Source: an uncultured Granulosicoccaceae bacterium (GTDB taxonomy: Bacteria; Pseudomonadota; Gammaproteobacteria; Granulosicoccales; Granulosicoccaceae). From it: a stretch of DNA of 64,000 nt. Location of the stretch: the NCBI GenBank assembly GCA_938007995.1, contig CALLLW010000012.1, positions 47,379-111,378 on the forward strand, in the 5' to 3' direction. Shown in pieces: positions 1-9,615 of the stretch (the first letter of the stretch is position 1; every line of letters starts with the position of its first letter). Below the pieces are notes generated by a model, which did not search any database, was not told the origin of the DNA, and saw only the letters and a program-made list of their open reading frames with translations. The position numbers and the translations under genes are program-made.

Positions 1-411
1 AAGCGTCTGGTAACAGGCGTCTTCGTCTGGTGGTGTATCGATTAAACACCACTTCAAATTTTCTACCGGTGTCAGGCCGGTTTTCAGCCCGTCTGCATGG
101 CCTGCAAATGCCATCTCACTGAAATAGCTGTCACGCGCGGCAGGCAGTTGCTCACCACGCCAGTACAACTCTCCTTCATCCAGTGGCATCAGGGTGCAGA
201 GTGCACGCAACAAAGTTGTTTTACCGGAACCATTATCACCGTGCAGCTGAACCAGCTCTCCTTTGGTAATGGTAAAGGAGCGGTCGGCAAACAACTGCAG
301 CTCGCCACGGCTGACGCTCAGTGACTTCGCTTCAAGCAGAGTTTCAGCCCGCCCTTCAGAATGGTTTTCAGCCCGCCTATCAGAATCGCTTTCCAGTGAT
401 TTATCAGGCAT
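1..411 (-). CDS. ccmA: heme exporter ATP-binding protein CcmA (N-terminal part; C-terminus lies beyond the left edge)
   Basis: Minus-strand ORF that runs off the window edge and is absent from the ORF track. My translation from the ATG at 411 reads MPDKSLES...LEAKSLSVSRGELQLFADRSFTITKGELVQLHGDNGSGKTTLLRALCTLMPLDEGELYWRGEQL...FAGHADGLKTGLTPVENL. The Walker A motif GxxGSGKTT and the layout are typical of CcmA-type ABC ATPases. Confidence 0.7.
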   Translation of the reverse strand, partial: MPDKSLESDSDRRAENHSEGRAETLLEAKSLSVSRGELQLFADRSFTITKGELVQLHGDNGSGKTTLLRALCTLMPLDEGELYWRGEQLPAARDSYFSEMAFAGHADGLKTGLTPVENLKWCLIDTPPDEDACYQTL

Positions 412-416
412 GCAAT

Positions 417-2321
417 CTATAACTGCGGCAGCGCTGATTGATCAGTGCGCGATGTGCTACTCGAACTGTCATGCCTAAGCGCGCTCTCAAGTGAGTGATG
501 AATTTCTGTCAACGATACCTGCTGACCATCAGTCTGCAGACCTGAATAACGTAGTTTATCAAGCAGGCGCATTTGATCGATAAGCTGGCTATCTTCGAAG
601 CGGCTGCCAATGTCCGGCAGGTTGCGCGTTGGTTTTTCAGTCCAGCGGGTATTGGCCCACTCTAACACAGCATGACTGTAGGCCTGAGTATCTCCGCTAC
701 TGGCAATCGACTGAAGTCTCTTGAACATTTTTTGTTCAGCATTTTTGTCATAAGCCTTAACCGCTTGCTGGTCATTATCTGCGGAGTTTCCACGGCGCCT
801 GGCCGACCACCACCAGGCTGCAAGCGTTGCAAGCCATGCAGTTGCCGCAGCCACTGCCACCCAGAGCCAGTAACGCGCTACTAGCTGACTGTTTGGCTGA
901 CTGTTTGCGGCATCTCCGCCAATTGCATTCACGGAAGAACCCGCTGGCAATAGTGATTCAATTGCCTCACTTTCCGCGCTTGAACCTGGAGCCTGTTTGT
1001 TTACGTCAGACACAGGTGGCTGACTTTGTACCTGCGAGTTAGCAGCATTTGCCGTAGCTCCTGCACCAGTATCAGCACTGGCACCAGGCAGTGACGCACC
1101 ACCACTGACAACCAGCTTCTGCTCCGGAATAACCGCACGGCGCTCAATATCAGCGACTGTATCCCACCACTTAACGACTACCTCCGGCAATGTTAATGTG
1201 CCATCCGGACCAGTCTGATTTGGAATGACCGACCATTTCTCACGCCGAACACTGTGTAATGCTGAGCCGTCAGGTTGCGAACCGAACTCCGGGTTATCAA
1301 CATAGATCTTAACGCCCGGCACATCGGGAACCGGTATCTCCGGCAGCTGGGTGGCGGTTGATCCACTGGCCTGTAACTCAAGGGTTAAGGTCAATGGTTC
1401 ACCCGCTTTGGCGTTACTGATATCCGACGACCATTCATGTTTAAGTTCAAGCGCTTTCACCGGCAACCACCAGCCCGATGTACTGGCTGCTGCGCGAGGC
1501 TTCACTTCCAATGTAATAGAATCACTGGTCAGTTCGATGCGTCGGGTCGGAGTGTTAAACAGGATCAGGTTACCGGTGTAACTGTTATCTCTGATACTCG
1601 CCGGTATGCGAACTCTGTCAATGGTTATCTCGCCGCTTTGCTGCGGAAACAATGCATAGCGAAAAGTGTTAACACGATACTGCACACCATTTCTTTCAAC
1701 AATCTGCTCGCGAGCCAGAGGTAATTGCTCGACTTGATAATCACTGTTGCCGGTCAACGCCGGATCAGCACTGGCAAGATTGCCATCGTCAAAAATCTTC
1801 AACGACAGTATGACCTGCTCCTGCACATAGGGATTCCGGTTATCAACAGATAACTCTGCAAATACTTTGTCGCGTGGCTCCACCCCGGGTGTGCCACGCG
1901 GCACGACTTCAATCGTTATCGGATCAGAGCTCGCACCGCTGGCTGTAAACGCAGGTATCACCACACTGCCCAGACTCTTCGGTTGAAGTTCGAGGCGCAA
2001 GGTTATCTTACGACTGCTCTTGCCGTTCACTATCGTCTGGCTGCTCGACTGACCTGACTGAACGATCCTGAAGTTGGTATTCAGTGATGAGGTATCCGGC
2101 AGCTGCGTGATGTCTGTACCTTCAATGTAGAGCACGACAGATTCACCGTCGATCACGGTAGTACGGTCAACTTCCGTGCTGAGCTCAGCGGCCAGTGATG
2201 ACGGGCTGAATATATAGGCAGTAAAAAACAACAACAGAAAAAGCAACCTGAACATACCGTGCCGCGATGCTCCTGTGTAATGGATAAAACGTTTATAAAA
2301 CATGTCTGGCAACATATTCAC
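417..2321 (-). CDS. batD: BatD-family (oxygen tolerance) membrane-anchored protein
   Basis: 634 aa. It has an N-terminal signal/TM segment (LLFLLLFFTAYIFSPSSLAAE), a long beta-rich exported region, a C-terminal TM segment (YWLWVAVAAATAWLATLAAWWW) and a cytoplasmic tail. It is the last gene of the MoxR-DUF58-DUF4381-VWA-VWA-TPR operon. The GTG start overlaps the batC stop (GTGA at 2318-2321); an ATG lies 6 nt downstream. Confidence 0.65.
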   Translation of the reverse strand: MNMLPDMFYKRFIHYTGASRHGMFRLLFLLLFFTAYIFSPSSLAAELSTEVDRTTVIDGESVVLYIEGTDITQLPDTSSLNTNFRIVQSGQSSSQTIVNGKSSRKITLRLELQPKSLGSVVIPAFTASGASSDPITIEVVPRGTPGVEPRDKVFAELSVDNRNPYVQEQVILSLKIFDDGNLASADPALTGNSDYQVEQLPLAREQIVERNGVQYRVNTFRYALFPQQSGEITIDRVRIPASIRDNSYTGNLILFNTPTRRIELTSDSITLEVKPRAAASTSGWWLPVKALELKHEWSSDISNAKAGEPLTLTLELQASGSTATQLPEIPVPDVPGVKIYVDNPEFGSQPDGSALHSVRREKWSVIPNQTGPDGTLTLPEVVVKWWDTVADIERRAVIPEQKLVVSGGASLPGASADTGAGATANAANSQVQSQPPVSDVNKQAPGSSAESEAIESLLPAGSSVNAIGGDAANSQPNSQLVARYWLWVAVAAATAWLATLAAWWWSARRRGNSADNDQQAVKAYDKNAEQKMFKRLQSIASSGDTQAYSHAVLEWANTRWTEKPTRNLPDIGSRFEDSQLIDQMRLLDKLRYSGLQTDGQQVSLTEIHHSLESALRHDSSSSTSRTDQSALPQL

Positions 2322-3262
2322 CAGGGCTCCTGCATATCCTGCACTTCAGGATACTCGATCAGATGGTTCAACCTGATTTTGTTGCGCAACAACTGAGAGG
2401 CGTCATCCGGTATACGTCGCAGCCACTGCTCGGTGGCCTGATCATCTTCACTGACTGATTCAGGCACAGAAGCCGCTGCCTGTTGTTGCTCTTCATCGGG
2501 CTGTTCCTGCTGTTGCTCTTGTTGTCCTTCTGGTTGTCCTTCTGGCTGCATCATCTCACGCAAATCTTCTTCAGCCTGTTGCTGCTGTTGCGATGTTTGA
2601 TTAGTGCCGTCCTGTGATTCTGACTCGTTCTGCTGCGATTCATCTTGATTCTGTTGTGAACTCTGTGAGTTGTCTGATTCACTGGATTCATCACCCTGCT
2701 GGCTTTGTTGTTCCTGATCGGATGGATTATCCTGCGGTTCGGCTTCGTCGCTATTCTGATCTTCCGCATCAGACTCTGACTGCTGCTGCTCGTCACCCTG
2801 CTGCTGTTGTTCTTGTTGCTGTTGTTGCGAGAGATCTCTTAGCTGCATCGCAAGATCCAGATTGTGGCTGATGTCCTGATTATCCGGCGCTAGCTGTTGC
2901 GCCTGCTGCAAAATTTCAACCGCCTGCTCATAGGCGCCGTTGCGCACCGCCGCCGTTCCGTAGTTATATAAACCGATAGCATCTTCGGAGGCACTGAAGT
3001 CCTGCATTGCTTGCTCATATTGCCCGGCACGGTATCGGCTGATTCCACGCCACTGTGTATCATTAAATTCATTCGCAGCTGCCTCGTTTTGTCCGTCGTT
3101 CAACAGTTCAATTGCCCGCTGATCTTTATTTTTAAACAAACGATCAAGCTCAAGTGCGCTGCTATCTGAAGCAAACAAAAAAGCGATAACCACAGCAAGC
3201 AGGCACCATGCATTACAAGCAGATCTGTTTGCAGACCAATCATTCGCTGCTAACCACCTCAC
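2318..3262 (-). CDS. batC: TPR-repeat protein BatC with Q/E/D/S-rich low-complexity C-terminal half
   Basis: TM anchor (CLLAVVIAFLFA) and TPR-like helices (YRAGQYEQAMQDF, AVRNGAYEQAVEILQQAQQLAPDN). I prefer the GTG start at 3262: it lies 8 nt after AGGAGG and forms a GTGA overlap with the batB stop. The track ORF extends to 3319. Confidence 0.65.
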   Translation of the reverse strand: MRWLAANDWSANRSACNAWCLLAVVIAFLFASDSSALELDRLFKNKDQRAIELLNDGQNEAAANEFNDTQWRGISRYRAGQYEQAMQDFSASEDAIGLYNYGTAAVRNGAYEQAVEILQQAQQLAPDNQDISHNLDLAMQLRDLSQQQQQEQQQQGDEQQQSESDAEDQNSDEAEPQDNPSDQEQQSQQGDESSESDNSQSSQQNQDESQQNESESQDGTNQTSQQQQQAEEDLREMMQPEGQPEGQQEQQQEQPDEEQQQAAASVPESVSEDDQATEQWLRRIPDDASQLLRNKIRLNHLIEYPEVQDMQEPW

Positions 3263-4269
3263 AACCAGCCCCTCCTGAACGCAAAGGCCGCCAACGGTAG
3301 CAGCAGCAACATCAGCCACGGGCCTCTGTCGACCCAGCGCTCTACGCTGCGTTGGCTATCATCGGCAACATCGCTATCGTTCGCCAACTCAGCACGACTG
3401 CTGCGGTTTAACAATGCATTGATATCAGACTCATCCTGTGCAACGGATCGATAGGCTCCGCCACCGGCTGCTGCAAGCGACTGCAGCGATGATTCATCAA
3501 GACTCGCTATAACAATATTGCCGCTTCGATCCTTTAAAAAGCCGGCTCTGGCATTTGGCACGGGTGCACCGTCTGCAGTACCAACACCAATAACTGACAG
3601 CGAATATCCTTCCGCTGCAATTGCCGAAGCCGCTGTAAGAGCGGCACTATCGACCGGGCTGTCAGTAAACAAAAGCACCTGGCCGCGTTTACTGCGTACC
3701 GCCTGCAACAACTCGCGCGCCTGATCCAGTGCCAGTGCCGTGCGGCTACCCTGCGCCGGCATCACATCAACACTAAGTGCAGACAACATGGAACGAATTG
3801 TCTCGGCGTCATTGGTTAACGGTGAAACAACAAAAGGCGATGCGGCATAAACCACAATCGCATTTTCAACATCCTCATCGCGACTGAGAATATCTTCAAC
3901 TTTTTGCTGCACTCTGATCAATCGCGATGGTTTGATATCTTCAGCATCCATTGATTTGGATAGATCAATCACAATCACTCGTTCTGCAACCGTTCTAAAG
4001 GTTGGCACGTCCTGTTGCTCCCAGCTAGGTCCGGCCAGTGCCAGTGCGGTCGCAAGCCACCCCAACGCAACCCACCAGTGCCATTTTGAACGACGCGCGG
4101 CACCGTGTTCACCATGCAGCAGGTGATCTAACAACTCAGGATCAACCACCTCTGCCCAGCGGTTGGTCGCACCCGTACTTTTACTTAACTGCCACCACAA
4201 ATACGCGGCGGGTAGTAAGCTCAGCAACATCCAAGGACGGATAAAATGAAAGTGTTCAATCAAGGCCAC
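3259..4269 (-). CDS. batB: VWA domain-containing protein BatB
   Basis: 336 aa. The N-terminus FHFIRPWMLLSLLP is followed by 2 TM segments. The von Willebrand A domain carries a MIDAS-like motif (IVIDLSKSMDAEDI). Operon context fits. Confidence 0.8.
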   Translation of the reverse strand: MALIEHFHFIRPWMLLSLLPAAYLWWQLSKSTGATNRWAEVVDPELLDHLLHGEHGAARRSKWHWWVALGWLATALALAGPSWEQQDVPTFRTVAERVIVIDLSKSMDAEDIKPSRLIRVQQKVEDILSRDEDVENAIVVYAASPFVVSPLTNDAETIRSMLSALSVDVMPAQGSRTALALDQARELLQAVRSKRGQVLLFTDSPVDSAALTAASAIAAEGYSLSVIGVGTADGAPVPNARAGFLKDRSGNIVIASLDESSLQSLAAAGGGAYRSVAQDESDINALLNRSSRAELANDSDVADDSQRSVERWVDRGPWLMLLLLPLAAFAFRRGWL

Positions 4270-5293
4270 GGGTTCTCCGCCACACCAGGAAGCCGCTCAG
4301 TGCAAATGCGAGCAATAACGGCCAGTAAAACAATTCGCTCCTTGGCCGTTGCTGCAAACCACCGATCTCACTTGGCTCCAGTTGATTGATCTCATCGTAA
4401 ATACTGACCATCTCACGCGTGTTACGTGCCCTGAAGTACTTACCACCGGTCAGGTCGGCTATTTCCTGCAGGGTTTCTTCATCCAGTGCTTTGGATGGAT
4501 TAACCACTCTTGAGCCAAACAAATCACGCACCACCACCTGCTCTGCACCAACACCGATGGTATGAATACGAATACCAAACTGCTTTGCAACTTCAGCCGC
4601 CTCCATCGGTGACACAGCACCAGCGGTGTTGGCCCCGTCAGTCAATAGTATAAAAACCCTCGACTCAGCCGGTCGCTCTTTCAAGCGTTTCACGGCAAGC
4701 CCTATCGCGTCTCCGATAGCGGTGGATTGTCCGATCAATCCGACCAGAGACTCGTTAATAAAGTGCTGTACAGTTTCAAGATCGTAGGTCAACGGGGTTT
4801 GCACTTGTGCGTTATCGCCGAACAGAATCAAACCCACTCGGTCACCCTCGCGTTGCGCGACAAACTCACTGGCGACGATCCTCGCTGCATCCATACGTTC
4901 TACACTGCGGCCACGAATCTCAAAATCCTGTTCACGCATACTGCCGGAGATATCAAGTCCCAACATCAGATCGCGACCGGTCAACGGGATCTCGGTTAAC
5001 TCACCAAGCCATTGCGGTCGCATACAGGCAATCACCAGCAGACACCACATTAAGAGCCCGAAAATAAATCTAAGCGTTGTGCTACGCCTGCCAGTACTTC
5101 TTGTTGATGTTGCATTGAGCTGCTCAAAAAACGGTACCCGCAGCGCTTCCTGGCGGATTTTTTGTGCAGCCGGTAGCGTCCATCGCAAAATCAATGGCAA
5201 TGGCCAGATGATCGCTATCCACCACCATTCAAACTGCAGCAACGGATGCCCCTCCGGATTTCCCCTGGTTATCGGCTTTATCAGCCTTGACAC
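4256..5293 (-). CDS. batA: VWA domain-containing protein BatA
   Basis: 345 aa. It has N-terminal TM segments, a VWA domain with MIDAS motif DISGSM, LLTDGANT, and a C-terminal TM segment. The start is uncertain because the 5293 start overlaps the upstream gene by 65 nt. Confidence 0.8.
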   Translation of the reverse strand: MSRLIKPITRGNPEGHPLLQFEWWWIAIIWPLPLILRWTLPAAQKIRQEALRVPFFEQLNATSTRSTGRRSTTLRFIFGLLMWCLLVIACMRPQWLGELTEIPLTGRDLMLGLDISGSMREQDFEIRGRSVERMDAARIVASEFVAQREGDRVGLILFGDNAQVQTPLTYDLETVQHFINESLVGLIGQSTAIGDAIGLAVKRLKERPAESRVFILLTDGANTAGAVSPMEAAEVAKQFGIRIHTIGVGAEQVVVRDLFGSRVVNPSKALDEETLQEIADLTGGKYFRARNTREMVSIYDEINQLEPSEIGGLQQRPRSELFYWPLLLAFALSGFLVWRRTRGLD

Positions 5294-5801
5294 TATCTAT
5301 CTTAGGTGATGCGGTTTTTATGGTGCTTTCAGTTAATTTAAAAAGATTCGTCAATGCCTCACCATCGAACCGGGGATCTCGCTGGTACTGATGTCGATGC
5401 AACAGCTCACCCACACCACGACTGTAGTCGGTAGTTTGACCAATCGCATCAAGTTTCAACAGCCAGTCTTTATCGGTTAACACAGCAACGCGACTGCGCG
5501 GTTCGACCGCCAGTGCGACTCGACGCATCAGGACTGAGAGCGCAGCGAGTGTTTTTTTCTGCTCACCGTTGTTTTGCAGAGAGTAAAAAAGCTGCTGATG
5601 TTCATCAAGTGCAGCACGCCGCCATGCCTGCTTTTCTTTTCTATCAACACTTGCCTTAAGAATTTTATAAGCTGCAAACAATAGCAGTGTGACAACAGCA
5701 ATCAGCAGCCACCAACCCGGTGCAAGCGGCCACCAGCCCGGGCTTGCAGGCTGAGCCACATCTTTTAATTGCGCAAGCAGCTGCTGTTCCTGAGGGTTCA
5801 T
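5229..5801 (-). CDS. DUF4381 domain-containing protein
   Basis: 190 aa. It carries the characteristic WWPLAPGWWLL motif followed by a TM segment, and sits in the usual position between the DUF58 gene and the VWA genes. Confidence 0.7.
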   Translation of the reverse strand: MNPQEQQLLAQLKDVAQPASPGWWPLAPGWWLLIAVVTLLLFAAYKILKASVDRKEKQAWRRAALDEHQQLFYSLQNNGEQKKTLAALSVLMRRVALAVEPRSRVAVLTDKDWLLKLDAIGQTTDYSRGVGELLHRHQYQRDPRFDGEALTNLFKLTESTIKTASPKIDSVKADKADNQGKSGGASVAAV

Positions 5802-6734
5802 TCAAGCCCCTCCCGGCAACGCGTTCATGACCTGCGCTGCCACTTCAATCGGATCATCGATCACAGTGGTGTCTATAAAGCGATTGCCTGCACCGGTAAA
5901 GGCCCGTTCCAGTTGTGCCGTGCGGAACCCAAAGTCATCAATATATTGCTGCCGCACCCGCGATGAAGTGCTGTTGAGCCTGCCCCGGCTGCGACCGTCA
6001 GTTATCGTGTATTCAGCCGGTGGCGGTAGTTCTGCTTCCAGCGGATCGTAAACACGAACCGCAGCGGTATGGTTATGCAACAAAAGGTTCGATGTATGCG
6101 GCCCTGCATCAAAATGACTGAAGTCAGACACCAGACAAATTGAACTGCCTGTGTGTGCGCATCGGTTAAGCCGCATGAGCGCCTCACTTAACGGCTCGCT
6201 ATCAAACACCTCTGGCGTCGAGCTGCTATGCATTTTTGCAATATGGTGCAAAAGCCGGGTAACACCTCGACTGCCTGCCTGTGGTTTAACTTCAGTGATG
6301 CGTGTGTTGTCAAACACCAGACCACCCACACGGTCTCTTTGTGCTTCAGCAGCCCACGCCACCATTGCGCACAACCTGGCGGCTATGACCGACTTCAGCG
6401 CGACTCTGGTGCCAAAGTACATTGAAGGACGCAGATCCAGTGCGATAAAGAACGGACGCTCACGTTCTTCGTTAAACAGCTTGGTGTGAGCACGACCAGT
6501 GCGGGCTGTCACTTTCCAGTCGATGAGCCTGACATCATCACCGCCATGATATTCACGTACTTCAGCAAAATCCAAACCGCGCCCCAATGCCGCAGAAGAC
6601 GATGACCCTGCCATGGGTGCTTTAACGCGCCTACCGGCACGACGTTTAAGCTTGCCCACTGATTTGCGCAACGCAACCAGCTCGGCAACGCTTACTGAAG
6701 TAGCGCTGGTTTGGATTTCGGCGATGTTGCTCAA
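5802..6734 (-). CDS. DUF58 domain-containing protein (MoxR-associated, VWA-like)
   Basis: 310 aa. FAEVREYHGGDDVRLIDWKVTART is the DUF58 signature region. It is the partner of the MoxR ATPase. Confidence 0.8.
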   Translation of the reverse strand: MSNIAEIQTSATSVSVAELVALRKSVGKLKRRAGRRVKAPMAGSSSSAALGRGLDFAEVREYHGGDDVRLIDWKVTARTGRAHTKLFNEERERPFFIALDLRPSMYFGTRVALKSVIAARLCAMVAWAAEAQRDRVGGLVFDNTRITEVKPQAGSRGVTRLLHHIAKMHSSSTPEVFDSEPLSEALMRLNRCAHTGSSICLVSDFSHFDAGPHTSNLLLHNHTAAVRVYDPLEAELPPPAEYTITDGRSRGRLNSTSSRVRQQYIDDFGFRTAQLERAFTGAGNRFIDTTVIDDPIEVAAQVMNALPGGA

Positions 6735-6772
6735 ACCATACCTGCCGTGCCGGATGAATTGTTAAGAGGCTG

Positions 6773-7098
6773 AAGCGACATTGGTACATGCGCCTCCGGT
6801 TTATGGCCCCTACGATTTGTAATTCCACCCTGAACTGTATGTAGGGGGGATAAGCCTAAGCGCATCCACCGTGTACATTCATGCCAACGCGACAGTGGTA
6901 CATGCGCCTCCGGCTTATGGCCCCTACGTTTTGTAATTCCACTACGATCCATAGGTAGGGGGGATAAGCCTAAGCGCATCCACCGTGTACATTCTCGCCA
7001 AAGCGACATTGGTACATGCGCCTCCGGCTTATGGCCCCTACGTTTTGTAATTCCACTACGATCCATAGGTAGGGGGGATAAGCCTAAGCGCATCCACC
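6773..7098. repeat. about 2.8 tandem copies of a 114-bp unit, each with an imperfect internal inverted repeat (REP/MITE-like)
   Basis: Unit starts (ggtacatgcgcctccgg...) occur at 6783, 6897 and 7011. Copies 2 and 3 are identical by eye across about 88 nt. The arms are gcgcctccggcttatggcccctac and gtaggggggataagcctaagcgc, around a roughly 27-nt loop. Confidence 0.85.
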
Positions 7099-7150
7099 AC
7101 TGCAACCCATGCAAAACCCTGACTGTGCTGACCATCATCTGCGGCATCAC

Positions 7151-8116
7151 TTACGGCACAGCAACCTGCGATAACAACTGATTAATCACGTCAGACGAAG
7201 TAATCCCTTCAGCCTCTGCTTCATAGGTCACCAGAATTCGATGACGCAAGGCATCATGAATCACTGCGTGTATATCTGCAGGCGCTACATAATCCTGACC
7301 GTTCAACCAGGCGTGTGCACGGGCACATGCATCAAGTGAGATCGTGCCACGTGGTGATGCACCGAATGCAATATGCCTTGCCACTGCACCTGACGGGTTT
7401 CGCGTTTCAGTGACCAGCCGAACCAGATACTGCTCGACCTGCTCTGACAGATAAACGCGATTAACCTCATGCCTTGCCTGGCGTATGTCAGTAAGCGTCA
7501 GCTGCGTTGCAACGTTCACGTGCGGCGCTGACGGTTCTGTGGCCTCGGATCGCACCATTCGTAGAATTTCAATCTCGTGCTCTGCCGGCGGATAGTCGAT
7601 CAACACATGCATTAAAAATCGATCAAGCTGCGCCTCGGGCAGACTGTAGGTGCCTTCCTGCTCTATCGGATTTTGCGTTGCCATTACCATGAACAACTCA
7701 GACAATTCATGCGTCTGCTGGCCGATAGAAATCTGCCGCTCGGCCATTGCCTCAAGCAGCGCACTCTGTACCTTGGCAGGTGCACGGTTGATCTCATCCG
7801 CCAGTATGATCTGATTGAACAACGGCCCGGGCTGGAACTTGAACTCACCACTGGTTGGAAGGTAAATCTCGGTGCCGGTGATATCCGCCGGCAGCAGATC
7901 CGGTGTGAACTGGATTCGCTGAAATACACCATCGATGCAACCAGCCAACTCTTTCACAGCACGGGTTTTGGCAAGCCCGGGGGCACCTTCCACCAGCAGA
8001 TGTCCGTCTGCCAATAGCGCCATCAGCAAGCGGTCGACCAATACCGACTGACCGATTATTGTGTTGGCCAGCTCACGCCTGACACCTGCAAATTTTTCGT
8101 AAATGCTCATCACCAT
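7151..8116 (-). CDS. moxR: MoxR-family AAA+ ATPase
   Basis: 321 aa. Walker A is GAPGLAKT and Walker B is ILADEINRA. Length and C-terminal region are typical of MoxR. It is the first gene of the bat operon. Confidence 0.9.
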   Translation of the reverse strand: MVMSIYEKFAGVRRELANTIIGQSVLVDRLLMALLADGHLLVEGAPGLAKTRAVKELAGCIDGVFQRIQFTPDLLPADITGTEIYLPTSGEFKFQPGPLFNQIILADEINRAPAKVQSALLEAMAERQISIGQQTHELSELFMVMATQNPIEQEGTYSLPEAQLDRFLMHVLIDYPPAEHEIEILRMVRSEATEPSAPHVNVATQLTLTDIRQARHEVNRVYLSEQVEQYLVRLVTETRNPSGAVARHIAFGASPRGTISLDACARAHAWLNGQDYVAPADIHAVIHDALRHRILVTYEAEAEGITSSDVINQLLSQVAVP

Positions 8117-8262
8117 TTTTAAACTAGTTTTCGCCTTGTTGATTGCCGCAGCTTTTTCAATCTGTAGCCGGTCAGCACAGTTAAAAGACCGGACTCACCG
8201 CGGGTAACTCATTTACACTATCGCCATACGTATTTTGTGAATCGCTACCTTCGAGCAACCCT

Positions 8263-9105
8263 GTGAATATTGATCCGAAAAGTCGAGCGGTGCTGCTTAC
8301 CGGTTGTTCCAGCGGTATCGGCTACTGCGCAGCAAAGACACTTCACGATCGCGGTTACCGGGTGTTTGCCACCGTTCGCAACCCTGAGGACGCCGGTGTT
8401 CTAACGAGCCACGGCATCAGAACATTGCACCTCGATCTGGACGATCACACAAGTATAGAAAATACTCTCGCCATTGTGCTCAACGAGACCGATGGGAATC
8501 TATACGGTTTGTTCAACAATGGTGGCTTTGGTCAGCCGGGAGCAGTGGAAGACCTGCCCACCGCAGCACTCAGGGCACAGTTTGAAACGCTGGTGTTCGG
8601 CTGGCACGAACTGACCCGACAAGTCATTCCGGTGATGCGGGGCCAGGGCTACGGCAGAATCGTACAGAACTCATCGGTACTCGGCTTTGCCGCTATGCCT
8701 TACCGTGGTGCTTATAATGCGGCGAAGTTTGCCATTGAAGGACTCACTGACACCTTGCGGCTTGAGCTTCGCGGCAGCAACGTTCATGTTTCTATCATTC
8801 AGCCGGGGCCGATTCGTTCAAAGTTCCGCGAGCACGCGACCAAAAAGTTTCAACAGCATATTGATAGCCAGAACAGTGTTCATGCGGTCACTTACCAACA
8901 GACACTTGATCGCCTAACGGCCAAAGGCGATGGCAACCGGTTTACACTGGCACCGGAAGCAGTAACAGACAAACTGATACACGCACTGGAAAACCGCAAG
9001 CCACGCAGCCGTTACAGAGTAACCACTCCAACCATTACATTCGCTGTTGCAAAAAGATTGTTTCCGACAAGTGTTCTCGACCGCATACTCGCGGGTGTCA
9101 CGTAA
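8263..9105 (+). CDS. short-chain dehydrogenase/reductase (SDR)
   Basis: 280 aa. The cofactor motif is LTGCSSGIGY and the catalytic YRGAYNAAK provides YxxxK. GTG start. Confidence 0.85.
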   Translation: MNIDPKSRAVLLTGCSSGIGYCAAKTLHDRGYRVFATVRNPEDAGVLTSHGIRTLHLDLDDHTSIENTLAIVLNETDGNLYGLFNNGGFGQPGAVEDLPTAALRAQFETLVFGWHELTRQVIPVMRGQGYGRIVQNSSVLGFAAMPYRGAYNAAKFAIEGLTDTLRLELRGSNVHVSIIQPGPIRSKFREHATKKFQQHIDSQNSVHAVTYQQTLDRLTAKGDGNRFTLAPEAVTDKLIHALENRKPRSRYRVTTPTITFAVAKRLFPTSVLDRILAGVT

Positions 9106-9117
9106 ACGAGAAAAACC

Positions 9118-9615
9118 ATGGCGAAAATTCTTATCGTGACCGGCTCGGTTTTCGGTGCTGCATTGCTGACTGCAGATGAAATAGAAGCAGCGCTGATTGA
9201 GCATTCCCACGAAATCATTCGACCGGACCCGCCCACAATCAACGCCTTAACCGATGACTCGCTGGAGTTTCTGGTGGTCTGTACGTCAACCACCGGCAAT
9301 GGTGATGTACCGGACGATCTCCTGACACTGTACACCGAACTTCGAACACAATACCCTCCAATCAAACATCTCAGCTATATGGTGGTCGCACTCGGCGACA
9401 GCTCTTATGAATACTTCTGCGGTGGTGGTGTCAGCATGGACGAAGCGCTTGCCGAACTCGGTGCAGCACGGATACAACCGCTGCTAAAGCTCGATGCACT
9501 GGAGGTCACAGAGCCGGAAGAGATCGCACCGCAGCAGGTGATCGATGCAATAAGCAATTGTCTTAGCACTAATTTACAAGCCAACAACGGTAAAAACGCA
9601 AATGCAACAGACTGA
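9118..9615 (+). CDS. flavodoxin-like (MioC-type) protein
   Basis: 165 aa. The motifs ILIVTGSVFG, CTSTTGNGDVPD and ALGDSSYEYFC are flavodoxin FMN-binding loops. Confidence 0.7.
   Translation: MAKILIVTGSVFGAALLTADEIEAALIEHSHEIIRPDPPTINALTDDSLEFLVVCTSTTGNGDVPDDLLTLYTELRTQYPPIKHLSYMVVALGDSSYEYFCGGGVSMDEALAELGAARIQPLLKLDALEVTEPEEIAPQQVIDAISNCLSTNLQANNGKNANATD

Noticed and set aside
97-478. Plus-strand ORFs of 75 and 71 aa at the left edge
   Set aside because: They are antisense to the clearly recognisable ccmA reading frame, which carries a Walker A motif on the minus strand.
6773-7098. Possible CRISPR array
   Set aside because: The whole 114-bp unit repeats, including what would be the spacers. 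There are no unique spacers and no cas genes.
6731-7150. 139-aa minus-strand ORF with a thrice-repeated peptide (WMRLGLSPLPMDRSGITKRRGHKPEAHVP)
   Set aside because: It is simply the translation of the 114-bp tandem DNA repeat. It has no RBS and no protein-like composition, and the repeat also carries hairpin symmetry. I treat it as a non-coding repeat.
1-8116. bat operon directly followed by ccmA as a functional link
   Set aside because: The adjacency is real (a 5-nt gap), but a shared function cannot be supported from sequence alone. It is likely ordinary operon packing.
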